A stretch of DNA of 64,000 bases from contig CAZAOO010000011.1 of NCBI GenBank assembly GCA_964486815.1, positions 14,760 to 78,759 on the forward strand, read 5' to 3'. Of this stretch, positions 19,794 to 30,049 are shown piece after piece (position 1 is the stretch's first letter; every line of letters starts with the position of its first letter). The translations under genes and the position numbers were made by a program. The stretch is from an uncultured Thiotrichales bacterium. Lineage in GTDB: Bacteria > Pseudomonadota > Gammaproteobacteria > UBA4575. The notes beneath the pieces are model-generated. The model had not been told where the DNA came from and ran no database searches. It was given only the letters and a program-made list of their open reading frames with translations.

Positions 19794-22036
19794 GCCGCAT
19801 CTCCTTGGCTACGTGCAGTTATTCCATCTGCATCAATAATATTTGCTTTCGCAATGCTCAAAGGAATGCGAATTTTTATCCGCGCACCTTTATCGGGTGC
19901 ATTTTCTGCACGTATGGTGCCGCCATGTTCTTCAACAATTTTCTTAACAATCGCAAGGCCAAGGCCATTGCCTGTATTTTTCGTTGTTACATAAGGTTCA
20001 AACAATCGTTCTAGCAAGTCATTAGGAAAACCCGGACCATCATCTACCACCACAAGACTGGCAAATGGAACACCGCTTATTTCAAAGCATCGCGTTGTGA
20101 TGCTTACTTGAGCATATTCTTTAGGTTTATCCAGCATGGCTTCAAATGCATTCTTGATTAAATTATGCATAAGCTGGCGAAGGCGTGTACTGTCACCCAA
20201 AATTAATGGTGGGTGTTCATCAAGTGAAATAACAACTTCAAAGTCATGTGCATTGTTTTGATAAAGCTCAACAACTTCAGAAATTAATTTATTCAGGTCC
20301 AAGGGTGTTTTTTCTATTTGCGGGACACGTGCATAGTCTGCAAAGTCATTTACCATTTCCTTCATAGACTCAACCTGTTGCACAATTGTGGTAGTAGCAC
20401 GATCGAGAATACTCCTTTCATGCTGGTCAAGTTCTGGTAAAATTTTTCGACGTAAACGTTCGGCTGATAATTGAATCGGAGTTAACGGGTTTTTAATTTC
20501 ATGTGCCAAACGACGTGCTACCTCACCCCAAGCCGAATCACGTTGTGCGCTAATTAGCTGTGTTATGTCGTCAAATACCAGAGCATAACCACTTTGCTCT
20601 TGCTCACCCGGCAGCATTACACCACGACACATTAATATTTTGCTTTGAAACTTATTGCCTTTTGTACCACCTAGTAATTTCACTTCGGTTTGCCACTTTT
20701 GATCACTTCCTTGCAACATAGGAACGATCTGGTCACAAAAACTTTTAAGGTTTTCATGCCCCATTGCCAACTGTGCAACATCACGCCCGATATATTCATT
20801 TATATCCATTTTCAAAATTTGTGAAGCCGTTGCATTAGCAGTCTTTATTACTAACTTATGATCTAGACTAATAACACCCGAGGACAAATTTTCTAAAATA
20901 GTCTGCAAGTAGTTACGCTGGCTATCGATTAAGCGCTGACTTAATTTAGCCTTATCGCGCGCTAAAGATAGGCGCTCTGTCATCTGGTTAAAGGATGCCG
21001 CCAACATTCCAAGATCGTCATTACCTTCAACAGGAATTTTTTTATGAAATTCTCCCTCAGCAACTGCTTTGGTGCCTTGCGCAAGATCTTTAATCGGTTC
21101 TACTAATCTTCTTGCAGAATAGAACGCAGCCCATACAGCAAACAAGATCCCAAGTAATAAAACTAAAGTAATGATTAAGACAAAATTTTGCTTAAGTGGT
21201 GTACGCAAATAAACTAGTTCATTATATTTACCAAACCCTTCTTGTACACTTAGTGCTAAGTCACTAATGCGATCTGAAATCGGGTATAACACCTGTACCA
21301 TGCGCATTTCTGTGGTGATACCAGAAGCGTTCATAGGAAATACAAGACGCACATGCAAACCCGAATCTTTTACAGGATCCAAACCCACATAAGTTTCACC
21401 CTCGCTTACCAAACGCATAACTGTCTCACCAGGTAGTCTAGGTACAACCGCCGCCCCGACTTCACCTCCATAAGCAATTATATTACTACTGCGCGTAAAC
21501 ATAACAATTTCTGCAGCACCGCTACGTCGCAATAAATCATTAATTACTAATGGTGCATCTAGAGATGTCGTTCGTGAAAGCTCTCTAACCATAGGCTCGG
21601 TCTGTTGTCGCAATTGCCGCATATGCAAATCTAGGGAGGAACGACTAAGGTCTACAGAATCTTGCAGTGCTTTTTCTACATCGACATCAAACCAACTATC
21701 TACACCTTCCTGTATAAGCCACATAGAAAATGTATAAACAATCCCGACTGGAACCATAGCCAGCAATACAAACATTAATAACAGCCTTAACGTTAACCGC
21801 GAACCGGGCTGACGTCTCAGCACCTGCATTCCTAGCCGGTATACGTTAACTATAATTAATAATAAGAATACACCCAATAAAAATACATTAAACGGGAATA
21901 ACCAATAGTGAAGTTCTTCAAAACTGGTTTCGCTACGCGTGGCATCGGCCAATAAAAAAAGTGAAGCCATCAATAAACTGAATAAAAGTATGATTGGCCA
22001 TATGCGGAGAATTGTTTGTTTTTCTATAGCGGCCAT
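19790..22036 (-). CDS. ntrY: sensor histidine kinase, NtrY-like (TM-HAMP-PAS-HisKA-HATPase)
   Basis: 748 aa with N-terminal transmembrane helices, an H-box (AHEIKNPLTPI) and an ATPase G-boxes region. Confidence 0.65.
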   Translation of the reverse strand: MAAIEKQTILRIWPIILLFSLLMASLFLLADATRSETSFEELHYWLFPFNVFLLGVFLLLIIVNVYRLGMQVLRRQPGSRLTLRLLLMFVLLAMVPVGIVYTFSMWLIQEGVDSWFDVDVEKALQDSVDLSRSSLDLHMRQLRQQTEPMVRELSRTTSLDAPLVINDLLRRSGAAEIVMFTRSSNIIAYGGEVGAAVVPRLPGETVMRLVSEGETYVGLDPVKDSGLHVRLVFPMNASGITTEMRMVQVLYPISDRISDLALSVQEGFGKYNELVYLRTPLKQNFVLIITLVLLLGILFAVWAAFYSARRLVEPIKDLAQGTKAVAEGEFHKKIPVEGNDDLGMLAASFNQMTERLSLARDKAKLSQRLIDSQRNYLQTILENLSSGVISLDHKLVIKTANATASQILKMDINEYIGRDVAQLAMGHENLKSFCDQIVPMLQGSDQKWQTEVKLLGGTKGNKFQSKILMCRGVMLPGEQEQSGYALVFDDITQLISAQRDSAWGEVARRLAHEIKNPLTPIQLSAERLRRKILPELDQHERSILDRATTTIVQQVESMKEMVNDFADYARVPQIEKTPLDLNKLISEVVELYQNNAHDFEVVISLDEHPPLILGDSTRLRQLMHNLIKNAFEAMLDKPKEYAQVSITTRCFEISGVPFASLVVVDDGPGFPNDLLERLFEPYVTTKNTGNGLGLAIVKKIVEEHGGTIRAENAPDKGARIKIRIPLSIAKANIIDADGITARSQGDAA

Positions 22037-22608
22037 TCATACCATCCACTATCTAAACGCCATTTAGGTGAGAAGTAGCTTTTCATCCTTAACGGCAACG
22101 GTAATTTGCTAGTAAGTAACTGGGAGCGCAGTTGCACAACATATTTTTCTTGATCATTCAAATAATCAGCTTCAGCAATATACATCGCTGAAACTCGGCC
22201 TTGCTGAACCAGAACAGACTGTAAATCAGGAAAACTATCACTCTCTCCAGTTTCAAGATTTTCTAAAACGTATTGTTTACTAAGAATGTGGTACTTAAGT
22301 AAATGTGTTTTCATAGTAGTAGCGATTACTTTATCCCAAAGCCACTTCTGCAAAGAAACTACTTGCACCTCAACTTGAAATAGCAACGGTATGCCATTTA
22401 CCAAAGCCTCTCTTACTTCGCTATTTAAGCGATAAGCTATTTCTGCATCCAAACGCAATTCATTTTTTAGTTCCGTAACATTCAGGTAATTCACTTCAAT
22501 CGCACTGGTTTTAGACAACGCTGAATTGTTCATGAAGATATTCATAAACACGATAATGCACATGGTCAACAACACACCACTTACACTCAGTGTTGACACA
22601 GTTTTCAT
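22024..22608 (-). CDS. DUF4390-family periplasmic protein (usual partner of ntrYX)
   Basis: Signal peptide; Trp-rich C-terminus (WRLDSGWYEWPL); positioned immediately upstream of ntrY. The likely start ATG overlaps the fmt stop (ATGA). Confidence 0.55.
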   Translation of the reverse strand: MKTVSTLSVSGVLLTMCIIVFMNIFMNNSALSKTSAIEVNYLNVTELKNELRLDAEIAYRLNSEVREALVNGIPLLFQVEVQVVSLQKWLWDKVIATTMKTHLLKYHILSKQYVLENLETGESDSFPDLQSVLVQQGRVSAMYIAEADYLNDQEKYVVQLRSQLLTSKLPLPLRMKSYFSPKWRLDSGWYEWPL

Positions 22609-23576
22609 AGCACGGCCTTGGCTGGACTCATTGCAGGAGCAGAACTGAAACAAAGCCCATCTACATCATGGGCATTAAGAAAATCTTGTGCGTTGATAAT
22701 TTTACTCCCAGCTAACTGCAGGCTAACTAATCTCAAAACGCCTTCGCCAGTTACCACCTCGATACTTTTCTTCTTATTTACCAGGATAGATCCTGAAACT
22801 TTATCACTGATTTTATCACTCAGTTCTGCCTGCCAAATTCTTACGCGTTGTTGATGAAGGTATGTATAGGCAACTGGCCAGGCATTGTAGGCCCGGACTT
22901 TGCGCTCTATTTCTGTTGCAGTTTGTTGCCAATCAATATTGGTTTCTTGCTTGCTGATTTTTTTTGCATAACTAACTTTGCTTTCATCTTGCAAGCGAGC
23001 AATCAGGTTGCCGGCTTGCAGATTCTCTAAACAGCTTACAATCTCACAAGCAGACATTCCTGCAAGACGATCATGCAACATGGAACCGGTATCACCTAGA
23101 TTAATATCACACTCGAACTGTTGCAAAACGGGCCCTGAATCCAGGCCTTCTTTCATTTGCATGATACTAATGCCGGATTTCACATCACCAGCAATGATTG
23201 AACGTTGAATAGGAGCTGCTCCTCGCCACTTTGGCAACAGTGATGCATGTATATTGATACAACCAAGCTTAGGGATGGATAGCACTTGTTTGGGTAAAAG
23301 CAATCCATAAGCAGACACCAGCATTACATCTGCTTGCAGATCTTTAATTAGAGAAATTTGTTCTTGCTCTAGACGTTGCGGTTGGTAGACAGGAATATCC
23401 GCATCCACAGCGAGTTGTTTCACAGGGCCATAGTTGATTTTACGTCCGCGGCCAGCAGGCCTATCTGGCTGTGTAAAAACTGCAACGACTCGGTGTTTAC
23501 TATCGATACATGCTTGCAGCGCGGTTGCAGCAAAATCTGGTGTACCTGCAAAAATAATATTTAAGGCTTTGCTCAT
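22605..23576 (-). CDS. fmt: methionyl-tRNA formyltransferase
   Basis: IIFAGTPDFA...FTQPDRPAGRGRK, and the HASLLPKWRG motif. Confidence 0.9.
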   Translation of the reverse strand: MSKALNIIFAGTPDFAATALQACIDSKHRVVAVFTQPDRPAGRGRKINYGPVKQLAVDADIPVYQPQRLEQEQISLIKDLQADVMLVSAYGLLLPKQVLSIPKLGCINIHASLLPKWRGAAPIQRSIIAGDVKSGISIMQMKEGLDSGPVLQQFECDINLGDTGSMLHDRLAGMSACEIVSCLENLQAGNLIARLQDESKVSYAKKISKQETNIDWQQTATEIERKVRAYNAWPVAYTYLHQQRVRIWQAELSDKISDKVSGSILVNKKKSIEVVTGEGVLRLVSLQLAGSKIINAQDFLNAHDVDGLCFSSAPAMSPAKAVL

Positions 23577-23702
23577 TTTAATTATGCAGTTATTAAGTAT
23601 TGTGCCGAAATTGAAGTAAATACATAGATATTACCAGAAGCTCAGTTTTGCACTACTTAGATTACATGCTGTTAATCACACTTTGTTAATTACATTATGT
23701 CT

Positions 23703-24245
23703 TCAGATAATGTTGGCAGAGTGAGGAGATTCATTTTTATCTACGCTATCCAATTTCTTTGCTTTAAGCATTTTCTTTTTTATACGTTGCATTTTTAGTG
23801 GTGACAGATAATCAACGAATAGTTTGCCATCTAAATGATCCACTTCATGCTGAATGCAAACCGCGAGTAAACCATCTGCATGCAACGTAAACTCGCTACC
23901 TTGTTGATCAAGCGCTTGCACGCTGATGTTTTCAGCACGACGCACTGTTTCAAAGATTCCCGGAACGGATAAACAGCCTTCCTGCATTTCTTCCTCGCCA
24001 TCTTTAGCAGTAATCACAGGATTAATTAGACACACGGGCTCAGACTTATTCTCAGATACATCCAAAACGATGATCTGTTGCTGTATATTCACCTGGGTGG
24101 CAGCCAAACCAATGCCCGGGGCGTGGTACATGGTCTCCAACATATCATTCACCGTCTGTCGGACCTGATCATTCACCTCATCGACTGGGATTGCCTTTTT
24201 CCTCAAACGTGGGTCAGGAAAGTGTAAAATTTCTATTAGCGCCAT
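23703..24245 (-). CDS. def: peptide deformylase
   Basis: [17 protein letters not shown] and HEVDHLDG motifs. Confidence 0.9.
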   Translation of the reverse strand: MALIEILHFPDPRLRKKAIPVDEVNDQVRQTVNDMLETMYHAPGIGLAATQVNIQQQIIVLDVSENKSEPVCLINPVITAKDGEEEMQEGCLSVPGIFETVRRAENISVQALDQQGSEFTLHADGLLAVCIQHEVDHLDGKLFVDYLSPLKMQRIKKKMLKAKKLDSVDKNESPHSANII

Positions 24246-24396
24246 TAAGTTACACAATAGTTATAAATTAATTTAGTATTGCCATATATGCTCAAATATA
24301 AGATACCCTTATATTTATTAGGGCTATACACTAGTATAAAAGTATTGCTAGCTAGTTTAGCAAAAAATCTTCTATAACAACGGATTAAGGATCACC

Positions 24397-25596
24397 ATGC
24401 TGGGGAAATTCAAGTATCACGGCACATTTTTAACACTGTTTATTGCAAGCCTAATTGCAGTAATCGTCATGGCTTGCACTACTACACCTGAGGCCAATAA
24501 CGGTAGCTCATCCGACGATATTGAGTTAGGTGAACCTAGCGTTGATATTGATACTTCAGAAGCCCAGGGCTTACTGGCGTCAGGCGAACCACGTTTAGAA
24601 GATTTGCCCGTATCTCCTCAACAACATAACGTTGAATTCAAAGCTTCCGCCCCGGAACAATACACTGTCGTACCAGGTGATACTTTGTGGGATCTATCCA
24701 ACCGATTTTTAGTAGAACCATGGTACTGGCCAGAAATCTGGTATCTAAATCCACAGATTAACAACCCGCACCTTATCTACCCTGGCGATGTAATTTCTAT
24801 TTTTTATGTGGGCGGTAAACCTTATTTGACCGTAGGTGATGGACCACGGGTTACTAAGCTTTCACCAAGCGTGCGAAGTTCAGATATAGATGATCAGATT
24901 TATGAAATCGCTATTCCGGCTATCCAGCAATTTATTATTCGACCAAGGGTTGTAAGTGAAGAAACGCTTGATTCAGCACCCTATATCTTGAGCTCAATCG
25001 AGGAAAGACTAGCATTTGGTGCCGGTGATCTCGTCTATGCACGCGGCTTCGACGGTGAACCTCAAGGACAATATACCGTTTTCCGCAAAGGCGAAGCATT
25101 ATATGACCCTGAATCTGATGAATTGCTCGGCTATGAAGCGATTATAGTCGGCGACGGTGAAGTTATACGAGCTGGTGACCCTGCGACCTTCGATTTAACC
25201 CAGACAAAGCGTGAAGTATTACGTGGGGATCGCTTATTACCGGTTGATTTTGGAGAGATTGATACAGAATTCGTACCCCATGCACCTCCTGAAGGCACTC
25301 ACGGTCATGTAATCTCTTTATATGATGCCATCAGCCAAGTTGGCGCCTTTCAAGTGATCACAGTTAGCCTTGGTGAGCGCAATGGTATCGAGAAAGGCCA
25401 TGTACTAGGTATTAACCAGGCAGGTCGTGTCGTGGCAGACCCATTTGAAAAACCCGGTTCATTAGTCGACGTTGAATTACCTGACGAAAGTGCAGGACGT
25501 GCAATGGTATTTCGTACTTTTGAAAAAGTGAGTTATGCATTAATTATGGAAACCTCGAGATCGATTCAAAAAGGTGACTCTGCTACAAATCCTTAG
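24397..25596 (+). CDS. LysM-domain lipoprotein, TsaP-like
   Basis: Lipobox (IVMAC), LysM motif YTVVPGDTLWDLSNRF, and a position upstream of dprA as in Pseudomonas. Confidence 0.5.
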   Translation: MLGKFKYHGTFLTLFIASLIAVIVMACTTTPEANNGSSSDDIELGEPSVDIDTSEAQGLLASGEPRLEDLPVSPQQHNVEFKASAPEQYTVVPGDTLWDLSNRFLVEPWYWPEIWYLNPQINNPHLIYPGDVISIFYVGGKPYLTVGDGPRVTKLSPSVRSSDIDDQIYEIAIPAIQQFIIRPRVVSEETLDSAPYILSSIEERLAFGAGDLVYARGFDGEPQGQYTVFRKGEALYDPESDELLGYEAIIVGDGEVIRAGDPATFDLTQTKREVLRGDRLLPVDFGEIDTEFVPHAPPEGTHGHVISLYDAISQVGAFQVITVSLGERNGIEKGHVLGINQAGRVVADPFEKPGSLVDVELPDESAGRAMVFRTFEKVSYALIMETSRSIQKGDSATNP

Positions 25597-25716
25597 AATT
25601 ACGGTTTTCTTAAATAAAATTATCTGTTAGACGTGCAAGATTTCCTTGTGCGTCTTTTCGTTTCTACCTATTTGTCGCTACAATTCATAGCTGGGGAAAT
25701 AAACTAGTAGCGGCTC

Positions 25717-26841
25717 ATGCAAAAACTTGAAGATTGGCTTTCTCTTATACACGTAGACAAGCTAGGCCCTGTCACCTTACAAAAACTACTCTCGCATTTT
25801 TCCACAGCCGATAAAATCTTACAGGCTACCCGCAACGAACTTCAGTCACTCGGTATTAGTAATGCCATTATTGAAGGCATACAAGCACCAAAAGAACAAG
25901 CCATACAACGTGACTTAGCTTGGCTTGAGCATGAAAACCATCATTTGCTTACTATTCAAGACAATGCTTACCCGCATCTATTAAGACAAATATCTGACCC
26001 GCCTATTGTTCTGTATGTCTTGGGAAAACCAGAACTCGCTGCGAATCTTTTATCAGAACCACAGCTGAGTATCGTCGGTAGTCGCAATAGCAGTGCATAT
26101 GGGAAAGAAATTGCTACTTCATTTTCGCAGAAGCTGGCGGCTAGCGGTCTTGTTATAACAAGCGGATTAGCCAGTGGTGTTGATGGTGCAGCGCATCAAG
26201 GTGCTTTACAAAGCGGAATCGGAAGCACCATAGCGGTTACTGCATGTGGCTTGGATCGTGTTTACCCTGCTGAACACCGCCAACTTGCAGAACAGATATC
26301 TCAGCGTGGATTGCTTATATCCGAGTTCCCGATAGGCACATCGCCCATGCCCGGGCACTTTCCCAGACGCAACCGCATTATCAGTGGGCTTAGTTTAGGC
26401 ACACTGGTAGTTGAAGCTTCTATGAAAAGTGGTTCTCTGATTACAGCACGTTTGGCCACAGAGCAAGGTCGTGAAGTATTTGCTATCCCTGGATCAATAC
26501 ACAATCCATTGTCGAAAGGTGGACATGCGTTAATCCGAAATGGAGCAAAACTGGTTGAGACAGTTGAAGATATTCTAGAAGAACTCAAACATCACATCGA
26601 TATAGACGCATTAAATAGCAATCCTTTTCAGACAGAGAATATCAATCACGAGGAAGAATTAGATCCACAGCATAAAATTGTTTTAGCAAGCATGGGCCAT
26701 GAACCGATAAGTATTGATGCTTTAATCGAGAAAAGTGGTTTAAAAGTTGAAGAGGTCTCCTCTATCCTTTTGATTTTAGAGCTGAATAACCAAGTTACAC
26801 ACCATGGAAACGGTGTATATATTCGACGCAACAGCTTTTAA
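25717..26841 (+). CDS. dprA: DNA processing protein A (Smf)
   Basis: 374 aa with a Rossmann-like DprA core (SGLASGVDGAAH..., RNRIISG). Confidence 0.85.
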   Translation: MQKLEDWLSLIHVDKLGPVTLQKLLSHFSTADKILQATRNELQSLGISNAIIEGIQAPKEQAIQRDLAWLEHENHHLLTIQDNAYPHLLRQISDPPIVLYVLGKPELAANLLSEPQLSIVGSRNSSAYGKEIATSFSQKLAASGLVITSGLASGVDGAAHQGALQSGIGSTIAVTACGLDRVYPAEHRQLAEQISQRGLLISEFPIGTSPMPGHFPRRNRIISGLSLGTLVVEASMKSGSLITARLATEQGREVFAIPGSIHNPLSKGGHALIRNGAKLVETVEDILEELKHHIDIDALNSNPFQTENINHEEELDPQHKIVLASMGHEPISIDALIEKSGLKVEEVSSILLILELNNQVTHHGNGVYIRRNSF

Positions 26842-26990
26842 TAACTCGTACCTTGTTGAGAATTATTTTCTGAAAATTTTTATCTTATACAGAAATTCTG
26901 ACAAGAATAGCGCCCTAGGCATTTACAAACACATTAGAAACGCGTAATAGTTCGCCGCTACAGGTACTTAATACAGTAGTTGCATATCAA

Positions 26991-29468
26991 ATGAGTAAAA
27001 ATTTAGTCATTGTAGAGTCTCCAGCCAAAGCCAAGACGATTGAAAAATATCTAGGCAAAGACTTCAGCGTACTTGCTTCAGTAGGTCACGTACGAGATTT
27101 ATTATCAAAGAATGGTGCAGTAGATCCAGATAATGAATTTGAAATGAAGTATGAGATTAAAGAGGATAGCGAAAAGCATATCAACGCTATCGTAAAGGCG
27201 CTAAAAAATTCTGATGTTCTGCACCTTGCCACTGACCCGGACCGTGAAGGTGAAGCAATTTCCTGGCACATTTATGAAATATTAAAAGAACGCGGCCTGC
27301 TAAAAGACAAAGACGTACGACGAGTGGTATTTCATGAAATTACCAAACGCGCCGTTAGTGAAGCTATTGAGCACCCAAGAGAGCTCTCTTACGACTTGAT
27401 CCATGCCTATCTTGTGCGCCGTGCATTAGATCACCTTATCGGTTTCAATCTCTCGCCATTACTTTGGAAAAAAATCAGACGCGGTTTATCCGCAGGCCGC
27501 GTGCAAAGCCCTGCTTTACGATTACTTTGTGAGCGAGAGAATGAAATTGAAAAATTTGACCCACAAGAATATTGGACTATTGAAGCTGATTGTGAAAAAG
27601 ACCAGCAGGAATTTCTATCCAAACTAAATATATATAAAGACAAGAAGCTTGAACAGTTTGACATAAATAATGAGAGCGATGCCTTCGCTGCCAAACAACT
27701 ATTAGATAAAAATGCTAACGGCAAACTGGTAGTTAAAACGGTTGACAAAAAAGAGCGCAAACGTAACCCCGCCGCACCTTTCACTACTTCTACTTTGCAG
27801 CAAGAAGCGGTGCGCAAACTACGATTTTCAGCAAAAAAGACTATGGCCGTCGCGCAAGCCTTATATCAAGGTAAAGAATTAGAAGATGGGGCGGTTGGTT
27901 TAATCACCTATATGCGTACCGACTCCGTTGTACTCGGCCAGGAAGCACTGGATGAATTGCGTGATTATATTGTGCAGCGTTATGGTAAAGATAACTTGCC
28001 TAGTGAAGTACGGGAGTTTAAAACCAAGTCCAAAAACGCACAAGAAGCGCACGAAGCCATACGTCCTACCTCTTTCATGCGCACGCCAGAAGAGGTTAAA
28101 AAGTTTCTTAGTGCTGATGAGATGAAACTTTATTCTCTTATCTGGAAACGGGCCGTTGCCAGTCAGATGACTCATGCTACCTTGGATTTAGTCGCAGTTG
28201 AGTTTGCTTGTGGGGATGGAAATATATTTCGTTCTACCGGTTCATCAATCAAAGATCCAGGCTTTATGCAAGTTTATCAAGAAGGTATGGATGACAACAA
28301 AGAAGAAGCAGATGACCGCATGCTTCCAATATTAGAAGTTGGCGAAAGCGTAAATCTTCATCAAATAAGAACTGAACAACACTTTACTGAACCACCGCCT
28401 CGCTTTACTGAAGCAACTTTAGTTAAGACTTTAGAAGAGTTTGGAATTGGTCGTCCTTCAACTTACGCCAGCATCATCTCGACATTACAGTATCGTGAAT
28501 ATGCCGAAGTCGAGAGTCGCCGATTTACTCCTACGGAAATGGGAAGATTGGTAAATGATTTTCTTACAAAACATTTCACACAGTATGTAGATTATGATTT
28601 TACCGCCCACTTGGAAGATGAATTAGACGAAATTTCTCGCGGCGAAAAAGAATGGGTGCCGGTTATGCGCACTTATTGGAAACCGCTCATAAAACTGGTT
28701 GAAGAAAAAGAAGGTAGTGTTACACGCGAAGAGGCCGTACAGGCACGAGAGTTAGGAACGGATCCCAAGTCGGGCAAACCTGTCAGTGTACGTATGGGCC
28801 GTTACGGACCATTTGTGATTATTGGTACAAAAGAAGACGAGGAAAAGCCAAAGTTCGCTGGCCTACTACCCGGTCAAAAGATGGCAGACGTAACTTTTGA
28901 ACAAGCAATGGAATTGTTCAAGTTACCAAGAGATTTGGGTGAAACCGATGATGACGGCACCATATCAACCAGCATAGGACGCTTCGGTCCATATGTTAAG
29001 TACGGTAGCAAATACGTTTCAATTAAAAAAGACAGTGGTGATGACCCGTACACCATCACACTTGAACGTGCTTTAGAATTAGTGGCTGAGAAAAAGAAAG
29101 CCGATGCGGAGAAGCTTATCAACCATTGGCAAGAAGAAGGTATACAGGTTCTTAATGGCCGTTATGGACCTTATGTAACGGATGGTAACAAGAATGTAAA
29201 AATTCCAAAAGATACCGAACCCAAATCCCTCAGTCTCGAAGATTGTCAAAAAATGATTGCCGAGGCGCCAGAAAAGAAATGGGGCCGCAAAAAGAAAGCG
29301 GCTAAGAAGAAAGTTGCGCCGAAAAAGAAAGCCGCAACTAAAAAGAAAAAATCGGCAGCGAAGAAAAAAGCCACAACCAGAAAAAAATCAGCTAAGAAGA
29401 AAGTTGCGCCGAAAAAGTCGGCCAAGAAATCTACAAAAACTAGCGACGAAGGTAACTCCGCAGAATAA
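26991..29468 (+). CDS. topA: DNA topoisomerase I with a zinc-ribbon-less C-terminal domain and a lysine-rich tail
   Basis: Toprim N-terminus (LVIVESPAKAKTI); catalytic Tyr region (GLITYMRTDS); C-terminal GRFGPYV/GRYGPYV Topo_C repeats with no Cys clusters; KKKAAKKKVAPKKK tail. Confidence 0.9.
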   Translation: MSKNLVIVESPAKAKTIEKYLGKDFSVLASVGHVRDLLSKNGAVDPDNEFEMKYEIKEDSEKHINAIVKALKNSDVLHLATDPDREGEAISWHIYEILKERGLLKDKDVRRVVFHEITKRAVSEAIEHPRELSYDLIHAYLVRRALDHLIGFNLSPLLWKKIRRGLSAGRVQSPALRLLCERENEIEKFDPQEYWTIEADCEKDQQEFLSKLNIYKDKKLEQFDINNESDAFAAKQLLDKNANGKLVVKTVDKKERKRNPAAPFTTSTLQQEAVRKLRFSAKKTMAVAQALYQGKELEDGAVGLITYMRTDSVVLGQEALDELRDYIVQRYGKDNLPSEVREFKTKSKNAQEAHEAIRPTSFMRTPEEVKKFLSADEMKLYSLIWKRAVASQMTHATLDLVAVEFACGDGNIFRSTGSSIKDPGFMQVYQEGMDDNKEEADDRMLPILEVGESVNLHQIRTEQHFTEPPPRFTEATLVKTLEEFGIGRPSTYASIISTLQYREYAEVESRRFTPTEMGRLVNDFLTKHFTQYVDYDFTAHLEDELDEISRGEKEWVPVMRTYWKPLIKLVEEKEGSVTREEAVQARELGTDPKSGKPVSVRMGRYGPFVIIGTKEDEEKPKFAGLLPGQKMADVTFEQAMELFKLPRDLGETDDDGTISTSIGRFGPYVKYGSKYVSIKKDSGDDPYTITLERALELVAEKKKADAEKLINHWQEEGIQVLNGRYGPYVTDGNKNVKIPKDTEPKSLSLEDCQKMIAEAPEKKWGRKKKAAKKKVAPKKKAATKKKKSAAKKKATTRKKSAKKKVAPKKSAKKSTKTSDEGNSAE
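29275..29460 (+). repeat. in-frame tandem nucleotide repeats encoding the lysine-rich topA tail
   Basis: gctaagaagaaagttgcgccgaaaaag occurs twice, along with related AAGAAAGC(C/G) units. Confidence 0.5.
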
Positions 29469-29470
29469 CC

Positions 29471-30016
29471 GTGCTTGCCAATCAAGTTTCTCAGGCTAAA
29501 GTTATTTTACGTCACGGTGGCGTAGTCGCTTATTCAACAGAAACCGTTTTAGGATTGGGATGTGACCCAAACAACGAGAATGCAGTAAACAGAATACTAT
29601 GGCTAAAAAATCGTGCTATTGAAAATGGTCTAATCATACTCGTTACAAACATCAACTCTTTGCAGCAATACACACCGACATTATCTGACACTCAAGTCTC
29701 TGAAATTGAGCCAGCACAAAACACCACGTGGTTAGTACCGGCTAATGAAAACGCACCTAAATGGATTACTGGTCGACATACCTCTATCGCCATACGAATT
29801 TCACATCATCCAGTCGTCCAACAGCTTTGCAATACAAAAAATGCCATCGTCTCAACTAGTGCAAATATTTCTGCTTATAAAACTCTTAAAAACAGAGCAG
29901 AAATTTGGAATTGGTTTGGACCCCATGTAGATTATGTAATGATAGATACTGATGCTATTGGCAGCGGTAGATCAAGTGAAATACGCGACTTGCTCAGCGG
30001 CAAAAAATTAAGGTAG
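29471..30016 (+). CDS. tsaC: L-threonylcarbamoyladenylate synthase (YrdC/TsaC type)
   Basis: 181 aa, GGVVAYSTETVLGLGCDP (YrdC fold), GTG start. Confidence 0.75.
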   Translation: MLANQVSQAKVILRHGGVVAYSTETVLGLGCDPNNENAVNRILWLKNRAIENGLIILVTNINSLQQYTPTLSDTQVSEIEPAQNTTWLVPANENAPKWITGRHTSIAIRISHHPVVQQLCNTKNAIVSTSANISAYKTLKNRAEIWNWFGPHVDYVMIDTDAIGSGRSSEIRDLLSGKKLR

Positions 30017-30049
30017 ACAATAGAGCATCAAAGAACAAGTACAAACACC

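Noticed and set aside
22024-22653. Possibility that the 209-aa ORF after fmt is a truncated rsmB
   Set aside because: It has no SAM-binding or NusB-like motifs. Instead it shows a signal peptide and a Trp-rich C-terminus typical of DUF4390.
29275-29460. Short tandem nucleotide repeats that could be mistaken for a CRISPR-like or VNTR array
   Set aside because: They are in-frame inside topA and encode the lysine-rich tail. The spacing is irregular and no repeat-spacer architecture is present.
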